This document shows positions 1 through 9,904 of a stretch of DNA of 64,000 bases, piece by piece. A program made the translations under genes and the position numbers. The DNA comes from Anaeromyxobacteraceae bacterium. GTDB lineage: Bacteria > Myxococcota > Myxococcia > Myxococcales > Anaeromyxobacteraceae. Under the pieces are notes generated by a model, which was not told where the DNA came from, ran no database searches, and was given only the letters and a program-made list of their open reading frames with translations. How positions within the stretch are numbered: the first letter of the stretch is position 1; each line of letters starts with the position of its first letter. Location: NCBI GenBank assembly GCA_047602405.1, contig JASGHJ010000001.1:2112001-2176000 (forward strand), written 5' to 3'.

Positions 1-92
1 GCGACCAGCGCGACGTGGACCAGCACCGACGCGGTCACCGCCGGCCAGAAGCGCTCGCGGCGCCCGAGCGCCGTGGCGACCGGGATGCTCAC
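1..92 (-). CDS. tolA: TolA/TonB-family protein, 5' end only (runs off window)
   Basis: GTG at 92 overlaps the tolR stop (GTGA); reads VSIPVATALGRRERFWPAVTASVLVHVALV with the SxxxH TM motif of TolA/TonB; follows tolQ-tolR. Confidence 0.7.
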   Translation of the reverse strand, partial: MSIPVATALGRRERFWPAVTASVLVHVALV

Positions 93-550
93 TCGCGCGC
101 CTCGCCGCCGGCGGCGCGCTCGGCGGACGCCGCGCCGGAGGGGTTGGTGATCATGCCGACGTTCAGCACGCCCGCCCGCTGCACCGTCGCCATGACCTCG
201 ACCACGAAGCCGTAGGGCAGGGCGCGGTCGGCCATGATGAAGAGCTCCTTGTCCTTCTGCGCGCGGACGTTGGCGCGCAGCCGCTGCTCGAGCTCGGCGA
301 GCGGGATGCGTGCCGGGTCGTCGCTCGTGCCGAGCCAGACGCTCCGGTCGGCCTTGATCGAGAGGACGAGCTTCTGCTCGGTCGCCTCGACCGCCTTCGC
401 CCGCGCGTCGGGGAGGTTGAGCTCGACGCCCTGCTGGATGAGCGGGGCGGTGACCATGAAGATGATGAGCAGCACCAGCATGACGTCGACGAGCGGCGTC
501 ACGTTGATCTCGGAGAGGGTCTGGCGGCCAGAGCCGCCCGTGGAGGCCAC
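89..550 (-). CDS. tolR: TolR/ExbD biopolymer transport protein
   Basis: EINVTPLVDVMLVLLIIFMVTAP signature; downstream of tolQ. Confidence 0.93.
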   Translation of the reverse strand: MASTGGSGRQTLSEINVTPLVDVMLVLLIIFMVTAPLIQQGVELNLPDARAKAVEATEQKLVLSIKADRSVWLGTSDDPARIPLAELEQRLRANVRAQKDKELFIMADRALPYGFVVEVMATVQRAGVLNVGMITNPSGAASAERAAGGEARE

Positions 551-562
551 GCGCCGGTTCCC

Positions 563-1321
563 CTAGCTGAAGAAGTGCCGCTTCACGATGTTGAGGAAGT
601 CGTTCGAGAAGTTGGTCATCTCGATGTCGAGCACCCGGATCTTCGAGACGAAGAAGTTGTAGAAGACGACCGCGGGGATGGCGGCGAAGAGGCCGACCGC
701 GGTCGCGATGAGCGCCTCCGAGATCGGGCGCGCGACGGTGGCCAGGTTGGCGTTGCCCATCCGGTAGATGTCGTGGAACGCCCGCATGATCCCCCACACC
801 GTGCCGAAGAGGCCGACGAACGGCGCGGCGCTCGCGGTCGTGCCGAGGAAGGGGATGAGCGCCTCGAGGTTGGTCACCTCGGAGGCGGCCGCGCGCTTGA
901 GCGCCCGCTCCACGTTCTCGAAGCCGCCGAGCTCGGCCTGCATGCCGGCCGGCTCGCCCTCCGCGGTCTTCTGCGCGTTCTTCTGCTGCGCGGTGACCTT
1001 CGAGAGCTCGACGTAGCCCGCGCGGAACACCTGCGAGATCGGGGAGGCGGAGAGGGACTCGGCCGCCTGGTAGATCGCGTCGAGCCGCTTCGACTGCCAG
1101 AACGTCTCCAGGAACTTGACCGAGGCCGCCTGCGCGCGCCGGATCTGGAGCCACTTCTTGACGATGATGGCCCAGGAGATCGCCGAGGCCGACAGGAGGA
1201 GCAGGAGCACGCCGATGCCGACCGGCCCGGAGGCGCGGGCGATCTCGAAGTAGTCGAGCCCGTCCTTCGCCGGCGCGGCGGAGACGAGGGACAGGGCGAT
1301 GGAGCCGATTTGGGTCGTCAT
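563..1321 (-). CDS. tolQ: TolQ/ExbB/MotA proton channel protein
   Basis: FLGTTASAAPFVGLFGTVWGIM and ISEALIATAVGLFAAIPA motifs. Confidence 0.93.
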   Translation of the reverse strand: MTTQIGSIALSLVSAAPAKDGLDYFEIARASGPVGIGVLLLLLSASAISWAIIVKKWLQIRRAQAASVKFLETFWQSKRLDAIYQAAESLSASPISQVFRAGYVELSKVTAQQKNAQKTAEGEPAGMQAELGGFENVERALKRAAASEVTNLEALIPFLGTTASAAPFVGLFGTVWGIMRAFHDIYRMGNANLATVARPISEALIATAVGLFAAIPAVVFYNFFVSKIRVLDIEMTNFSNDFLNIVKRHFFS

Positions 1322-1563
1322 CTCAGGGATCCGGGAGGTCCGAAGTGTCTATCACGCGGACCGGCCATGCGAAGGAAACGCACGGGGAGCGGGAATCTGC
1401 CAGCCGGCCATGCGAAAAGGGGCTCGGGCGTGACCCGGAGCACACATGTCGCACAGCCCGGGTGTGAAACTGAAACCACGGGATCACCAGGGTCACCACA
1501 CCCGCGCGATCGGGGGACCCCGCGGACCCTGAATGTTTCCAGGGCCGGTCGCGTCCGGCACCA

Positions 1564-1579
1564 TGGCACACGCGTTGCT
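1564..1579 (+). promoter_or_regulatory. sigma54 (-24/-12) promoter
   Basis: TGGCAC-ACGCG-TTGCT, exact match to TGGCAC-N5-TTGCW, 68 nt before the lipoprotein ATG. Confidence 0.8.
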
Positions 1580-1646
1580 CATCCATAGACGCAGCCACGT
1601 CGGACAGGCAACCCTGGCCTGCCCGACGTCCCAGAGGAGCGAACCC

Positions 1647-2483
1647 ATGACCCGCATCGCCGCCGTGCTCGCCGCCGCGCTCGTCTCCACGGGCTGCATC
1701 GTCACCTCCGACAACCCGCCCTCGTCGACGGGCTCGGTCATCCTCTACTGGGACTTCCTGCGCTACGCGCCCTCGAACGCGGCCCAGCAGAACGGGTTCA
1801 TCCTCTACGACGCGACCCTCGTCGGCTCGGCCGCGAACGCCGCATGCCCCGAGTCCGGCGTCGAGACCGTCGACGTCACCACCCCGAACGGCACGCACAC
1901 GTTCTACTGCCTGATGCCGGCGCAGCAGGGCAGCGGCGTCCAGGGCGTCATCCTCGACAACCTCCCCACCGGCAACATCACGATCCGGCTCCAGGGCTGG
2001 CGGCGCGACGGCGGCGTGGACCGCGTGCTGTGGGACGGCAACTACACCGTCAACGTGAGGGGCGGCGTCGAGACCCAGGCCGTCATCGACGTGGACCCGG
2101 TGACGCAGCCCATCGACGTGGGCGGCACGTTCTTCACCACGCAGACGAACCAGTTCTACGCGACCTGCAACGAGGCCTCGAACCCGCGCGTCGACTACGA
2201 GGTCCGCGACGGCCTCGGCGAGCTCGTGCTGGTGGACAGCGTCGCGTGCCCGGTCGGCGCGGGCGCGAGCCCGCTGCCCATCATCGCCGACACGCTCGAC
2301 CTCGACGTCTACACGATCCGGCTGAAGGGCTACACGGGCAACCCGGCCCAGCGCACGTTCGACGCCTGCGTCGACGAGCAGCACAAGACCTGGGCGTTCG
2401 ATCACTTCGCGAACGACGCCGGCGCCAACGCGCTCACCTTCCAGCTCACCACGGGCGCGACCGGCCCGAAGTGCTCGCCGTAA
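1647..2483 (+). CDS. Hypothetical Cys-containing lipoprotein
   Basis: ATG at 1647 after GAGGAG RBS; signal peptide with lipobox MTRIAAVLAAALVSTG-C; beta-rich mature part. Confidence 0.8.
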   Translation: MTRIAAVLAAALVSTGCIVTSDNPPSSTGSVILYWDFLRYAPSNAAQQNGFILYDATLVGSAANAACPESGVETVDVTTPNGTHTFYCLMPAQQGSGVQGVILDNLPTGNITIRLQGWRRDGGVDRVLWDGNYTVNVRGGVETQAVIDVDPVTQPIDVGGTFFTTQTNQFYATCNEASNPRVDYEVRDGLGELVLVDSVACPVGAGASPLPIIADTLDLDVYTIRLKGYTGNPAQRTFDACVDEQHKTWAFDHFANDAGANALTFQLTTGATGPKCSP

Positions 2484-2513
2484 CCGGGCCTCGCCCTCGC
2501 TCCGCTCCGTCCG

Positions 2514-2544
2514 CGGGCCGCCCTCCGGCGGCCCGTTCCTTTTT
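2514..2544 (+). terminator. Intrinsic terminator
   Basis: CGGGCCGCC-CTCC-GGCGGCCCG stem followed by TTCCTTTTT. Confidence 0.75.
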
Positions 2545-2575
2545 CCCGGCACCGGGCGTATGACTGCGCGCCGGA

Positions 2576-3358
2576 ATGGCCAGGATCGGGATCTTCGACT
2601 CGGGCGTGGGCGGCCTCACGGTGCAGCGGGCGGTGCTCGAGGCCGTGCCGGGCGCGAGCACGCTCTACCTCGGCGACACGGCGCGCGTGCCCTACGGCAC
2701 CAAGTCCGCCGAGACGGTCACCGCGTACTCGCTGCGCAACGCCCGCCTGCTCGCCTCGCACGGCATCGACCTGCTCGTCGTCGCGTGCAACACCGCCTCC
2801 GCGGTCGCGCTCCCCGCGCTCCGCGCGGAGCTCGCCGTGCCGGTGCTCGGGGTGGTCGATCCCGGCGCCCGCGTCGCGGCGACCGCCTCCCGCACCGGCC
2901 GCATCGGCGTCATCGGCACGCAGGGGACCATCGCGAGCGGCGCCTACCAGGAGGCGATCCGCCGGGCGCGCCCCGACGCCGAGGTGTTCGCGCGCGCCTG
3001 CCCGCTCTTCGTGCCGCTCGCCGAGGAGGGCTGGACCGAGCCGGACGACGAGGTCGTCCGCGCGGTGGTCCGCCGGTACCTCGCCCCGGTGCGCGAGGCG
3101 AAGGTCGACACGCTCGTGCTCGGCTGCACGCACTACCCGCTGCTCGAGCGGGCGATCGCGGAGGAGCTGCCCGGCGTGCTCCTCGTCGACTCCGCGGAGT
3201 CCATCGCCGACGAGGTGGCCGAGCGGTTCCCGGACGACGTCCAGCGGGAGCCCGCGTCGCACCGGTTCTTCGTGACCGACGCGCCGGCGCGATTCCTCGC
3301 GGTGGCGGGCCGCTTCCTGGGCCGCCCCGTGGAGCAGGCCGAGCACGTCGACGTGTGA
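2576..3358 (+). CDS. murI: Glutamate racemase
   Basis: IGIFDSGVGGLTV, VACNTAS and LGCTHYP motifs. Confidence 0.97.
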   Translation: MARIGIFDSGVGGLTVQRAVLEAVPGASTLYLGDTARVPYGTKSAETVTAYSLRNARLLASHGIDLLVVACNTASAVALPALRAELAVPVLGVVDPGARVAATASRTGRIGVIGTQGTIASGAYQEAIRRARPDAEVFARACPLFVPLAEEGWTEPDDEVVRAVVRRYLAPVREAKVDTLVLGCTHYPLLERAIAEELPGVLLVDSAESIADEVAERFPDDVQREPASHRFFVTDAPARFLAVAGRFLGRPVEQAEHVDV

Positions 3359-3463
3359 GGTGCGTCCCCGATCCGGTCAGCGCGTGTAGGTGCGCGTCGT
3401 CAGGGGGCTTTTCGTTGGCCGTCGGCTTGCTGCTCCGCACCCGGGGCGGTACAGTCGAGCAGA

Positions 3464-4009
3464 ATGACGGTCGAAGCGAAAAAGATGGTGGTGGGGTTCA
3501 ACCACAACATCAAGCACAAGGGAAAGATGTACCACATCCAGACCGAGGACTCGGGCCTGGAGAACCCCCACATCATCACGCACCTCTTCGTCGGCGGGAA
3601 CATCCTCGCGTCGAAGAAGACCTCCTACGCGGACATCGTCGGCGCGGACAACCTCGCGACCGTGGTGCGCGAGCTGATGGAGGAGCAGCACAAGGAGATG
3701 CTCCGCAACCTCATCAACGGCGTCTACGACGACATCGACGCCGCCTACGGTGAGAAGGCCGGCCACTACGCGCCCGGGCAGATCCACGCCGACGGCCGCG
3801 AGGTGCAGATGCAGACCGGCGTGCCGATGCCCGCCGACGCGGGCCCGAAGGAGCTCCCGCCCGAGGTGATCGAGGCCCGCAAGGAGCCCGCGCCGCAGCT
3901 CAGGTCCGACGGCGCCGAGACGCTCTTCGGCGAGGACCTCATCAGCGAGAAGAGCCTCGACGAGGTGATCCTCTCGTACCTCGCCGAGGACCTCGGGGAG
4001 CGCAAGTAG
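3464..4009 (+). CDS. Conserved myxobacterial protein, probably the RomY-type polarity cofactor
   Basis: Good coding ORF (GFNHNIKHKGKMYHIQTEDSG; C-terminal SEKSLDEVILSYL); RomY call rests on recalled size and synteny with tolQR and ftsEX in Myxococcus, unverified. Confidence 0.6.
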   Translation: MTVEAKKMVVGFNHNIKHKGKMYHIQTEDSGLENPHIITHLFVGGNILASKKTSYADIVGADNLATVVRELMEEQHKEMLRNLINGVYDDIDAAYGEKAGHYAPGQIHADGREVQMQTGVPMPADAGPKELPPEVIEARKEPAPQLRSDGAETLFGEDLISEKSLDEVILSYLAEDLGERK

Positions 4010-4037
4010 CGCCGCCGGCGCCGGGAGGCCCGCGCCC

Positions 4038-4718
4038 GTGATCCAGCTCTTCCACGTCTCGAAGGAGTACCCGGGCGACGGCCTGGCGCTCCAGGACGTG
4101 TCGCTCGAGATCGAGAAGGGCGAGTTCGTCTTCCTCACCGGCGCGTCCGGCGCCGGGAAGTCCACGCTCCTCAAGCTCATCTTCTGCGACGAGCCCGCCA
4201 CGAGCGGCCAGCTCCTCCTCTTCGGCAAGAACGTCGCGAAGATCCGGCCCGCCGCGGTCCCCTACGTGCGCCGCAACATCGGCGTCGTCTTCCAGGACTT
4301 CAAGCTCCTGCCGCTCCGCACGGTCGCCGAGAACGTCGCGCTGCCGCTCGAGGTGCGCGGCATGCCGGAGAAGGAGCTCAAGAAGAAGGTGATGGGGCTC
4401 CTGCGCTCGGTGGGGCTCGAGTACAAGGCCGGGAAGCTCCCGCCCGCGCTCTCGGGCGGCGAGCAGCAGCGCGTCGCGGTGGCCCGCGCGCTCGCGGCCG
4501 ACCCCGCGCTCCTCCTCGCCGACGAGCCCACCGGCAACCTCGACCCGGACCGCACGCTCGAGGTGATGGACCTCCTCTACCAGGCGAACGCGCGCGGCAC
4601 GACCGTGGTGGTCGCGACCCACGACCGCAGCCTCCTCGAGCGCTACAAGAAGCGCGTGATCGTGCTCGAGCGCGGGCGGCTCCTCTCCGACGGCGACCAG
4701 GTGCGCCGCGCAGGCTGA
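4038..4718 (+). CDS. ftsE: Cell division ABC ATPase FtsE
   Basis: GASGAGKS Walker A, LSGGEQQRV, LLLADEPTGNLD; followed by ftsX. Confidence 0.95.
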   Translation: MIQLFHVSKEYPGDGLALQDVSLEIEKGEFVFLTGASGAGKSTLLKLIFCDEPATSGQLLLFGKNVAKIRPAAVPYVRRNIGVVFQDFKLLPLRTVAENVALPLEVRGMPEKELKKKVMGLLRSVGLEYKAGKLPPALSGGEQQRVAVARALAADPALLLADEPTGNLDPDRTLEVMDLLYQANARGTTVVVATHDRSLLERYKKRVIVLERGRLLSDGDQVRRAG

Positions 4719-4724
4719 TCGCCG

Positions 4725-5609
4725 ATGGCGCTCCGACCCCTCGAGGCCTTCCGCCGCGCGCTGACCGCGATGGTGCGCGGGCCGTACGTCGCCCTCGTCG
4801 GCACCGCCACCATCTTCGTCGCGGTCCTCGCCACCGGCCTCTTCGCCGCCACGCTCGGCGGCGCCGAGCGGCTCCTCGCGGCCTGGGGCGGCGAGGTGCG
4901 CATCTCGGTCTACCTCGCGCCGGGCGCCGACCTCGGGAAGGCGCACGAGGCGGCGGCGGTCATCGCCGCGCCGCGCGCCGTCGAGGCGGTCCCGTCCCGG
5001 CTCGCGCTCGAGCGGCTCTCGGCCTCGCTCGGCGACGAGGCGCACCTCCTCGGCGGCGTCGAGCCGGGGGCCCTGCCCGACGCGGTGGAGGTGATCGCGC
5101 CGGGCATCGACCTCGCCGGCGCGCGGGCGCTCGCCGCGCGGCTGAAGGAGGTCCCGGGCGCCGCCGACGTCGACTACGGCAACGCCTGGCTCGAGGGGCT
5201 CGAGCGGCTCGTCTCTCGCGCGCGGGTCGCGGCGGCGGTGCTGTTCGTCGCGCTCGCGCTCGCGACGGCGGTGCTCGTCTCGAACACGCTCCGGCTCGCG
5301 GTCTTCGCGCGGCGCGACGAGATCGAGATCATGAAGCTCGTGGGGGCCACCGACGGGTTCGTCGCGGCGCCGTTCCTGCTCGAGGGCGCGCTGCAGGGGC
5401 TCCTGGGGGCCGGGCTCGCGGTGCTGGCGCTCCTCGCCGTCCACGCCGCCCTCGTGCCGCGCCTCGCGGCGGCGGTGCCCCTCGCGGCGGGCCTGGGCCT
5501 CGCCGACACGCTGCCGGGCAGCCTCGTCGCGGCGCTCCTCGCCGGCGGCACCGGGGTCGGGCTCCTCGGCTCGACGCTCGCGGTGCTGCGCGCGCTCCGG
5601 CGCGCCTGA
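4725..5609 (+). CDS. ftsX: Cell division permease FtsX
   Basis: VSNTLRLAVFARRDEIEIMKLVGATDGFVAAPFLLEG motif; four TM segments. Confidence 0.93.
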   Translation: MALRPLEAFRRALTAMVRGPYVALVGTATIFVAVLATGLFAATLGGAERLLAAWGGEVRISVYLAPGADLGKAHEAAAVIAAPRAVEAVPSRLALERLSASLGDEAHLLGGVEPGALPDAVEVIAPGIDLAGARALAARLKEVPGAADVDYGNAWLEGLERLVSRARVAAAVLFVALALATAVLVSNTLRLAVFARRDEIEIMKLVGATDGFVAAPFLLEGALQGLLGAGLAVLALLAVHAALVPRLAAAVPLAAGLGLADTLPGSLVAALLAGGTGVGLLGSTLAVLRALRRA

Positions 5610-5620
5610 GGGAGCCGGCC

Positions 5621-6730
5621 GTGCTCGCCGCCCTCGCCGCGCTCCTCCCGCTCCTCGCCGCCGCGCCCGACGCCCACGGGCAGCTGAAGGCCCTCGAGGC
5701 GCGGCGGCGCGCCGAGGAGACCGCCGCGAAGCTCCTCGCCGAGCAGGAGCGCTCGGTCCTCGACACGCTCGCCGAGTCGGAGCGGTCGGCCGCCGAGGCC
5801 GACGCGGAGTGGCACCGGGTCGAGGCGGCGCGGATCCAGGCGCAGGCGAGCCTCGCGCGCGCGGCGCAGGACGAGGAGACCGCCCGGGCCCGGCAGCGCG
5901 CGCGCCTCGCCGAGCTCCGGCCCCGGCTCCTCGCGCGGGCGCGCACCGGCGCCGCCGGCGAGCTCCGGGCGATGCTGACCGCGACGACGCTCGCGGATCT
6001 CGTGAAGCGCCGCTACCTCCTGTCGCGCATCCTCGACCGCGACCTCGGGCTGCTCGCCGACGCGCGGGCCGCGCACGACGCGGCCGAGCGGGCCCGCGCC
6101 GAGCGCGAGGTCGAGGCCACGCGGCTCCAGGCGCTCGCGGCCGAGGCCGAGGAGCGCCGCGAGGACGCCGGCGCCCGCCGGGAGGAGCGCGAGACGCTGC
6201 TCGCCGCGCTCAAGACCGCCCGGGGCTTCCACGAGCGCGCGGCCGCCGAGGTGGCGTCGCAGACGCGCCGGCTCGCCGACTTCGTCGCGACGCTCCCGCC
6301 TCCGCGCACCGCCGCGGCCGGCGGCGACTTCGCAGCGCGCCGCGGCAGGCTCCCCGCGCCCGCGCCCGGTCCGGTGACCGTCCCGTTCGGGCGGGTGGTC
6401 AACCCCCGGTTCAACACGGTCACCGTGCAGAACGGGGTCGACATCGCCGCGCCGAAGGGGGCGCCCGTCCGGGCCGTCGCGCCGGGGCGCGTCGTGCACG
6501 CCGGCTGGTTCAAGGGCTACGGCAACCTCGTGATCGTCGACCACGGCGAGGGCTTCCACACGCTCGCGGCGCACCTCGGCTCGATGCGGACGGCCATGGG
6601 CGAGCAGGTCGACGCCGGGGCGGTGCTGGGGACCGTCGGGGACTCGGGGTCGCTCAAGGGTGCGTACCTGTACTTCGAGGTGCGCGACCACGGCCGCCCG
6701 GTGGACCCCCGCGAATGGCTGGCCCCCTGA
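5621..6730 (+). CDS. envC: Murein hydrolase activator EnvC (coiled coil + M23 domain)
   Basis: Coiled coil then NGVDI...GYGNLVIVDHG...LYFEVR degenerate LytM domain; after ftsEX. Confidence 0.88.
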   Translation: MLAALAALLPLLAAAPDAHGQLKALEARRRAEETAAKLLAEQERSVLDTLAESERSAAEADAEWHRVEAARIQAQASLARAAQDEETARARQRARLAELRPRLLARARTGAAGELRAMLTATTLADLVKRRYLLSRILDRDLGLLADARAAHDAAERARAEREVEATRLQALAAEAEERREDAGARREERETLLAALKTARGFHERAAAEVASQTRRLADFVATLPPPRTAAAGGDFAARRGRLPAPAPGPVTVPFGRVVNPRFNTVTVQNGVDIAAPKGAPVRAVAPGRVVHAGWFKGYGNLVIVDHGEGFHTLAAHLGSMRTAMGEQVDAGAVLGTVGDSGSLKGAYLYFEVRDHGRPVDPREWLAP

Positions 6731-6796
6731 TCCGGTGACGCGCCGCGCCCGGGGCCGCATTGGAACGCCGGGTGTAGCCGCGGCTATCATCGCGGG

Positions 6797-8155
6797 ATGA
6801 ATCGGACCCGCCTCCCGGGGCGCCCCCGAGCTTCGGTGCTGTCGCCCCTCAGGGCGCCGCGGGTGAACATCGCCCTCGTCGTCGCCCTCGCCGTGGCGTT
6901 CTTCGCGGGGCTCTCCCTCGACCACGTCGCGTCGGCCGCGAAGAAGGCGCCGGCCCCGCCGTACAAGCTGCTCGACGTGTTCAGCGACGTGCTCGCGAGC
7001 GTCGAGAACCAGTACGTGGAGCGGCTCGACGAGCGGGAGCTCGTCTACGGGGCGATCGACGGCCTCGTCGGGCGCCTCGACCCGCACTCGAGCTTCATGC
7101 GCCCCGAGGTCTACCGCGCGATGCGCGACGAGACCTCCGGCGAGTACGACGGCATCGGCATCGAGGCGACGATCGCGAAGGGCGTCCTCACGGTGGTCTC
7201 GCCGCTCGCCGACTCGCCGGGCGAGCGCGCCGGGCTGCACCCCGGCGACCGCATCCTCTCCATCGACGGCGAGAGCACCCGCGACATGCCGCTCGCCGAC
7301 GCCCTGCGCCGCTTCAAGGGCGCGGTCGGCTCGCGCGTCGCCCTCGAGATCATGCGCGACGGCTTCTCTGCCCCGCAGCGGCTCACCCTCATCCGCGACC
7401 GCGTGCGCACCCAGAGCGTGGAGTCACGGGTGGTGGACCCCGCGAGCCGCTACGTCTACGCGCGCATCAAGTCCTTCTCCGACCGCACCGACCGCGCGCT
7501 GTCGCGCGCGCTCGAGGAGGCCCGCACGCAGCTCCACGGCGAGATCGGCGGCCTGGTGCTCGACCTGCGCAACAACCCGGGCGGCCTGCTCGACCAGGGC
7601 GTGCGGGTCTCCGACCTGTTCCTCGCCTCGGGCGTCATCGTCTCGACCGAGGGGCGCAGCGGCAAGGAGGTCGAGCGGGCGCGCGAGCAGGGCACCGAGC
7701 CGCGCTACCCGATGATCGTGCTCGTCAACAAGGGCACCGCCTCCGCGAGCGAGATTGTGGCGGGCGCGCTGCAGGACCACGGGCGCGCGGTCATCATGGG
7801 CACGCCCTCGTTCGGCAAGGGCACCGTGCAGACCCTCATCGAGCTCGAGGACGGCTCGGGGCTGAAGCTCACCACGGCGCGCTACTACACGCCGAAGCAC
7901 CGCTCGATCCAGGAGCAGGGCATCACCCCGGACGTCGTCGTCGAGGACCGGGCGCAGCCCGCGGTGGCCGAGGCCGGCCCGAGCGAGCGCGACCTCAGGG
8001 GTCACCTCGCGAACGACACGGGCGCGGGCGGCCTCGCCCCGGCGGCCGCGGCGGTCGCCGGGGACCACCAGCTGAAGACCGCGCTCGACTACCTGAAGGC
8101 GGTCGGGATCATGAACGGCGGCGACCGCCCCGCACGGGGGGTCGCGACGAAGTAG
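6797..8155 (+). CDS. ctpA: Carboxyl-terminal processing protease, S41 family
   Basis: LDPHS, PDZ domain, LDLRNNPGG, ASASEIVAGALQD, FGKG motifs; start may lie slightly downstream. Confidence 0.93.
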   Translation: MNRTRLPGRPRASVLSPLRAPRVNIALVVALAVAFFAGLSLDHVASAAKKAPAPPYKLLDVFSDVLASVENQYVERLDERELVYGAIDGLVGRLDPHSSFMRPEVYRAMRDETSGEYDGIGIEATIAKGVLTVVSPLADSPGERAGLHPGDRILSIDGESTRDMPLADALRRFKGAVGSRVALEIMRDGFSAPQRLTLIRDRVRTQSVESRVVDPASRYVYARIKSFSDRTDRALSRALEEARTQLHGEIGGLVLDLRNNPGGLLDQGVRVSDLFLASGVIVSTEGRSGKEVERAREQGTEPRYPMIVLVNKGTASASEIVAGALQDHGRAVIMGTPSFGKGTVQTLIELEDGSGLKLTTARYYTPKHRSIQEQGITPDVVVEDRAQPAVAEAGPSERDLRGHLANDTGAGGLAPAAAAVAGDHQLKTALDYLKAVGIMNGGDRPARGVATK

Positions 8156-8242
8156 CCTGCCAGGCGGTCGCCGAAGCTCCCGGACCCTTTCAGGATCCGG
8201 ACGCAGCCCGAAATGTCCAATGGCCACGACATCTTGGCTGAT

Positions 8243-8270
8243 TTGACACCTTGCGCTGAGTCGCTATCAT
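8243..8270 (+). promoter_or_regulatory. sigma70-type promoter
   Basis: TTGACA-16 nt-TATCAT, ~80 nt before the GT2 gene. Confidence 0.6.
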
Positions 8271-8348
8271 CCGCGCTCCACGGCCAGCCGGCCAGGGAAA
8301 CCCTGGCCCGGGAGAAGCGGCGCATCCCGCCGGAGCGCCTGCCCAACA

Positions 8349-9860
8349 ATGAGTCCCCTCGAGATCTCGGTCTTCGTCGCGTACGCGTCGCTGCTCGCCT
8401 GCCTCTCCATCTACGGCGTGCACCGCTACGTGATGGCGTTCCTGTACTACCGCCACAAGTTCAAGCTGCCGACGCCCGCCGGCCGGTTCGCCGAGCCGCC
8501 GCGGGTGACGATCCAGCTGCCGATCTTCAACGAGATGTACGTGACCGAGCGGCTCATCGACGCGGTCGCGAAGATCGAGTGGCCGCGGGACCGCTTCGAG
8601 ATCCAGGTCCTCGACGACTCCACCGACGAGACGACCGCCATCGCGCGGGCGTGCGTCGAGCGCCACGCGGCGGCGGGCCTCGACATCGTCTACATCCACC
8701 GGACCAACCGGAAGGGCTTCAAGGCGGGCGCCCTCGAGCACGGGCTCCAGAGCGCGAAGGGCGAGTTCGTCGCCGTCTTCGACGCCGACTTCATCCCGCA
8801 GGCCGACTACCTCCTGAAGGCGATGCCGCACTTCACCGCGCCGGACGTGGCGGTGGTGCAGGCGCGCTGGGGCCACCTCAACCGCGACTACTCGATCCTC
8901 TCGAACGTCGAGGCGGTCATGCTCGACGGCCACTTCGTCATCGAGCACGGCGCGCGCAGCCGGTCCGGCCGCTTCTTCAACTTCAACGGCACCGCCGGCA
9001 TCTGGCGGCGCAGGGCGATCGAGGAGTCGGGCGGCTGGCAGCACGACACCATCACCGAGGACCTCGACCTCTCCTACCGCGCGCAGCTCCGCGGCTGGCG
9101 CTTCGTCTACCTGAAGGAGCTCGTGGTCCCGGCCGAGCTCCCGGTCGAGATGAACGCCTTCAAGGCCCAGCAGCACCGCTGGGCGAAGGGCTCGATCCAG
9201 GTCGCGCTCAAGATCTTCCCGCTGCTCAAGGAGGCGAAGGGCCTCCCGAAGCACATCCGCCACGAGGCGTGGCTGCACCTCACCGCGAACCTCGCCTACC
9301 TGCTCATGATCCCGCTGTCGATCATGCTGCCGGTGACGGTGGTCGTGCGCGTCTCGCACGGCGCGCTCGAGGTGCTGTTCTTCGACCTCCCGATGTTCGC
9401 GCTCGCCTCGTTCTCGGTCGCGCTCTTCTACGTCGCGAGCCAGGTCGAGCAGGGGCGCGGCACCTGGCGCTCCGTGAAGTACCTGCCGGCCGTCATGGCG
9501 CTCGGCATCGGCCTCTCGGTCAACCAGGCCCGCGCGGTCGTCGAGGCGCTCATGGGCTACGAGACCGGCTTCGTGCGCACGCCGAAGCTCGGCGAGGCCG
9601 CGCAGAAGAAGGGCGCGGGCTCCGTCGCGAAGAAGCGCTACAAGGGGCTCGTGAACTTCCAGCCGGTGGTCGAGCTCGGCCTCGCGGCGTACATGACCTA
9701 CGGTGTGATGTTCCTCATCGACCGCAAGGAGTACTGGTCGCTGCCGTTCCTGTTCCTCTTCCAGGCCGGCTTCGCCTGGGTCGGCCTCACCAGCGTCTAC
9801 GAGGGCCTCCGCGGCACCGTCGTCCGGTGGGCCCGCACGCTGAACTACGAGAGGGCGTAG
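8349..9860 (+). CDS. Processive GT2 glycosyltransferase (cellulose synthase/CslA-like)
   Basis: QLPIFNE, LDDSTD, FKAGAL, FDADF, TEDLD, QQHRW (QxxRW) motifs; C-terminal TM helices. Confidence 0.92.
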   Translation: MSPLEISVFVAYASLLACLSIYGVHRYVMAFLYYRHKFKLPTPAGRFAEPPRVTIQLPIFNEMYVTERLIDAVAKIEWPRDRFEIQVLDDSTDETTAIARACVERHAAAGLDIVYIHRTNRKGFKAGALEHGLQSAKGEFVAVFDADFIPQADYLLKAMPHFTAPDVAVVQARWGHLNRDYSILSNVEAVMLDGHFVIEHGARSRSGRFFNFNGTAGIWRRRAIEESGGWQHDTITEDLDLSYRAQLRGWRFVYLKELVVPAELPVEMNAFKAQQHRWAKGSIQVALKIFPLLKEAKGLPKHIRHEAWLHLTANLAYLLMIPLSIMLPVTVVVRVSHGALEVLFFDLPMFALASFSVALFYVASQVEQGRGTWRSVKYLPAVMALGIGLSVNQARAVVEALMGYETGFVRTPKLGEAAQKKGAGSVAKKRYKGLVNFQPVVELGLAAYMTYGVMFLIDRKEYWSLPFLFLFQAGFAWVGLTSVYEGLRGTVVRWARTLNYERA

Positions 9861-9904
9861 GCCCCACCCCGGATCTGCTCCGCTGCGCTTCGCAGGAGAC
9901 GTGC

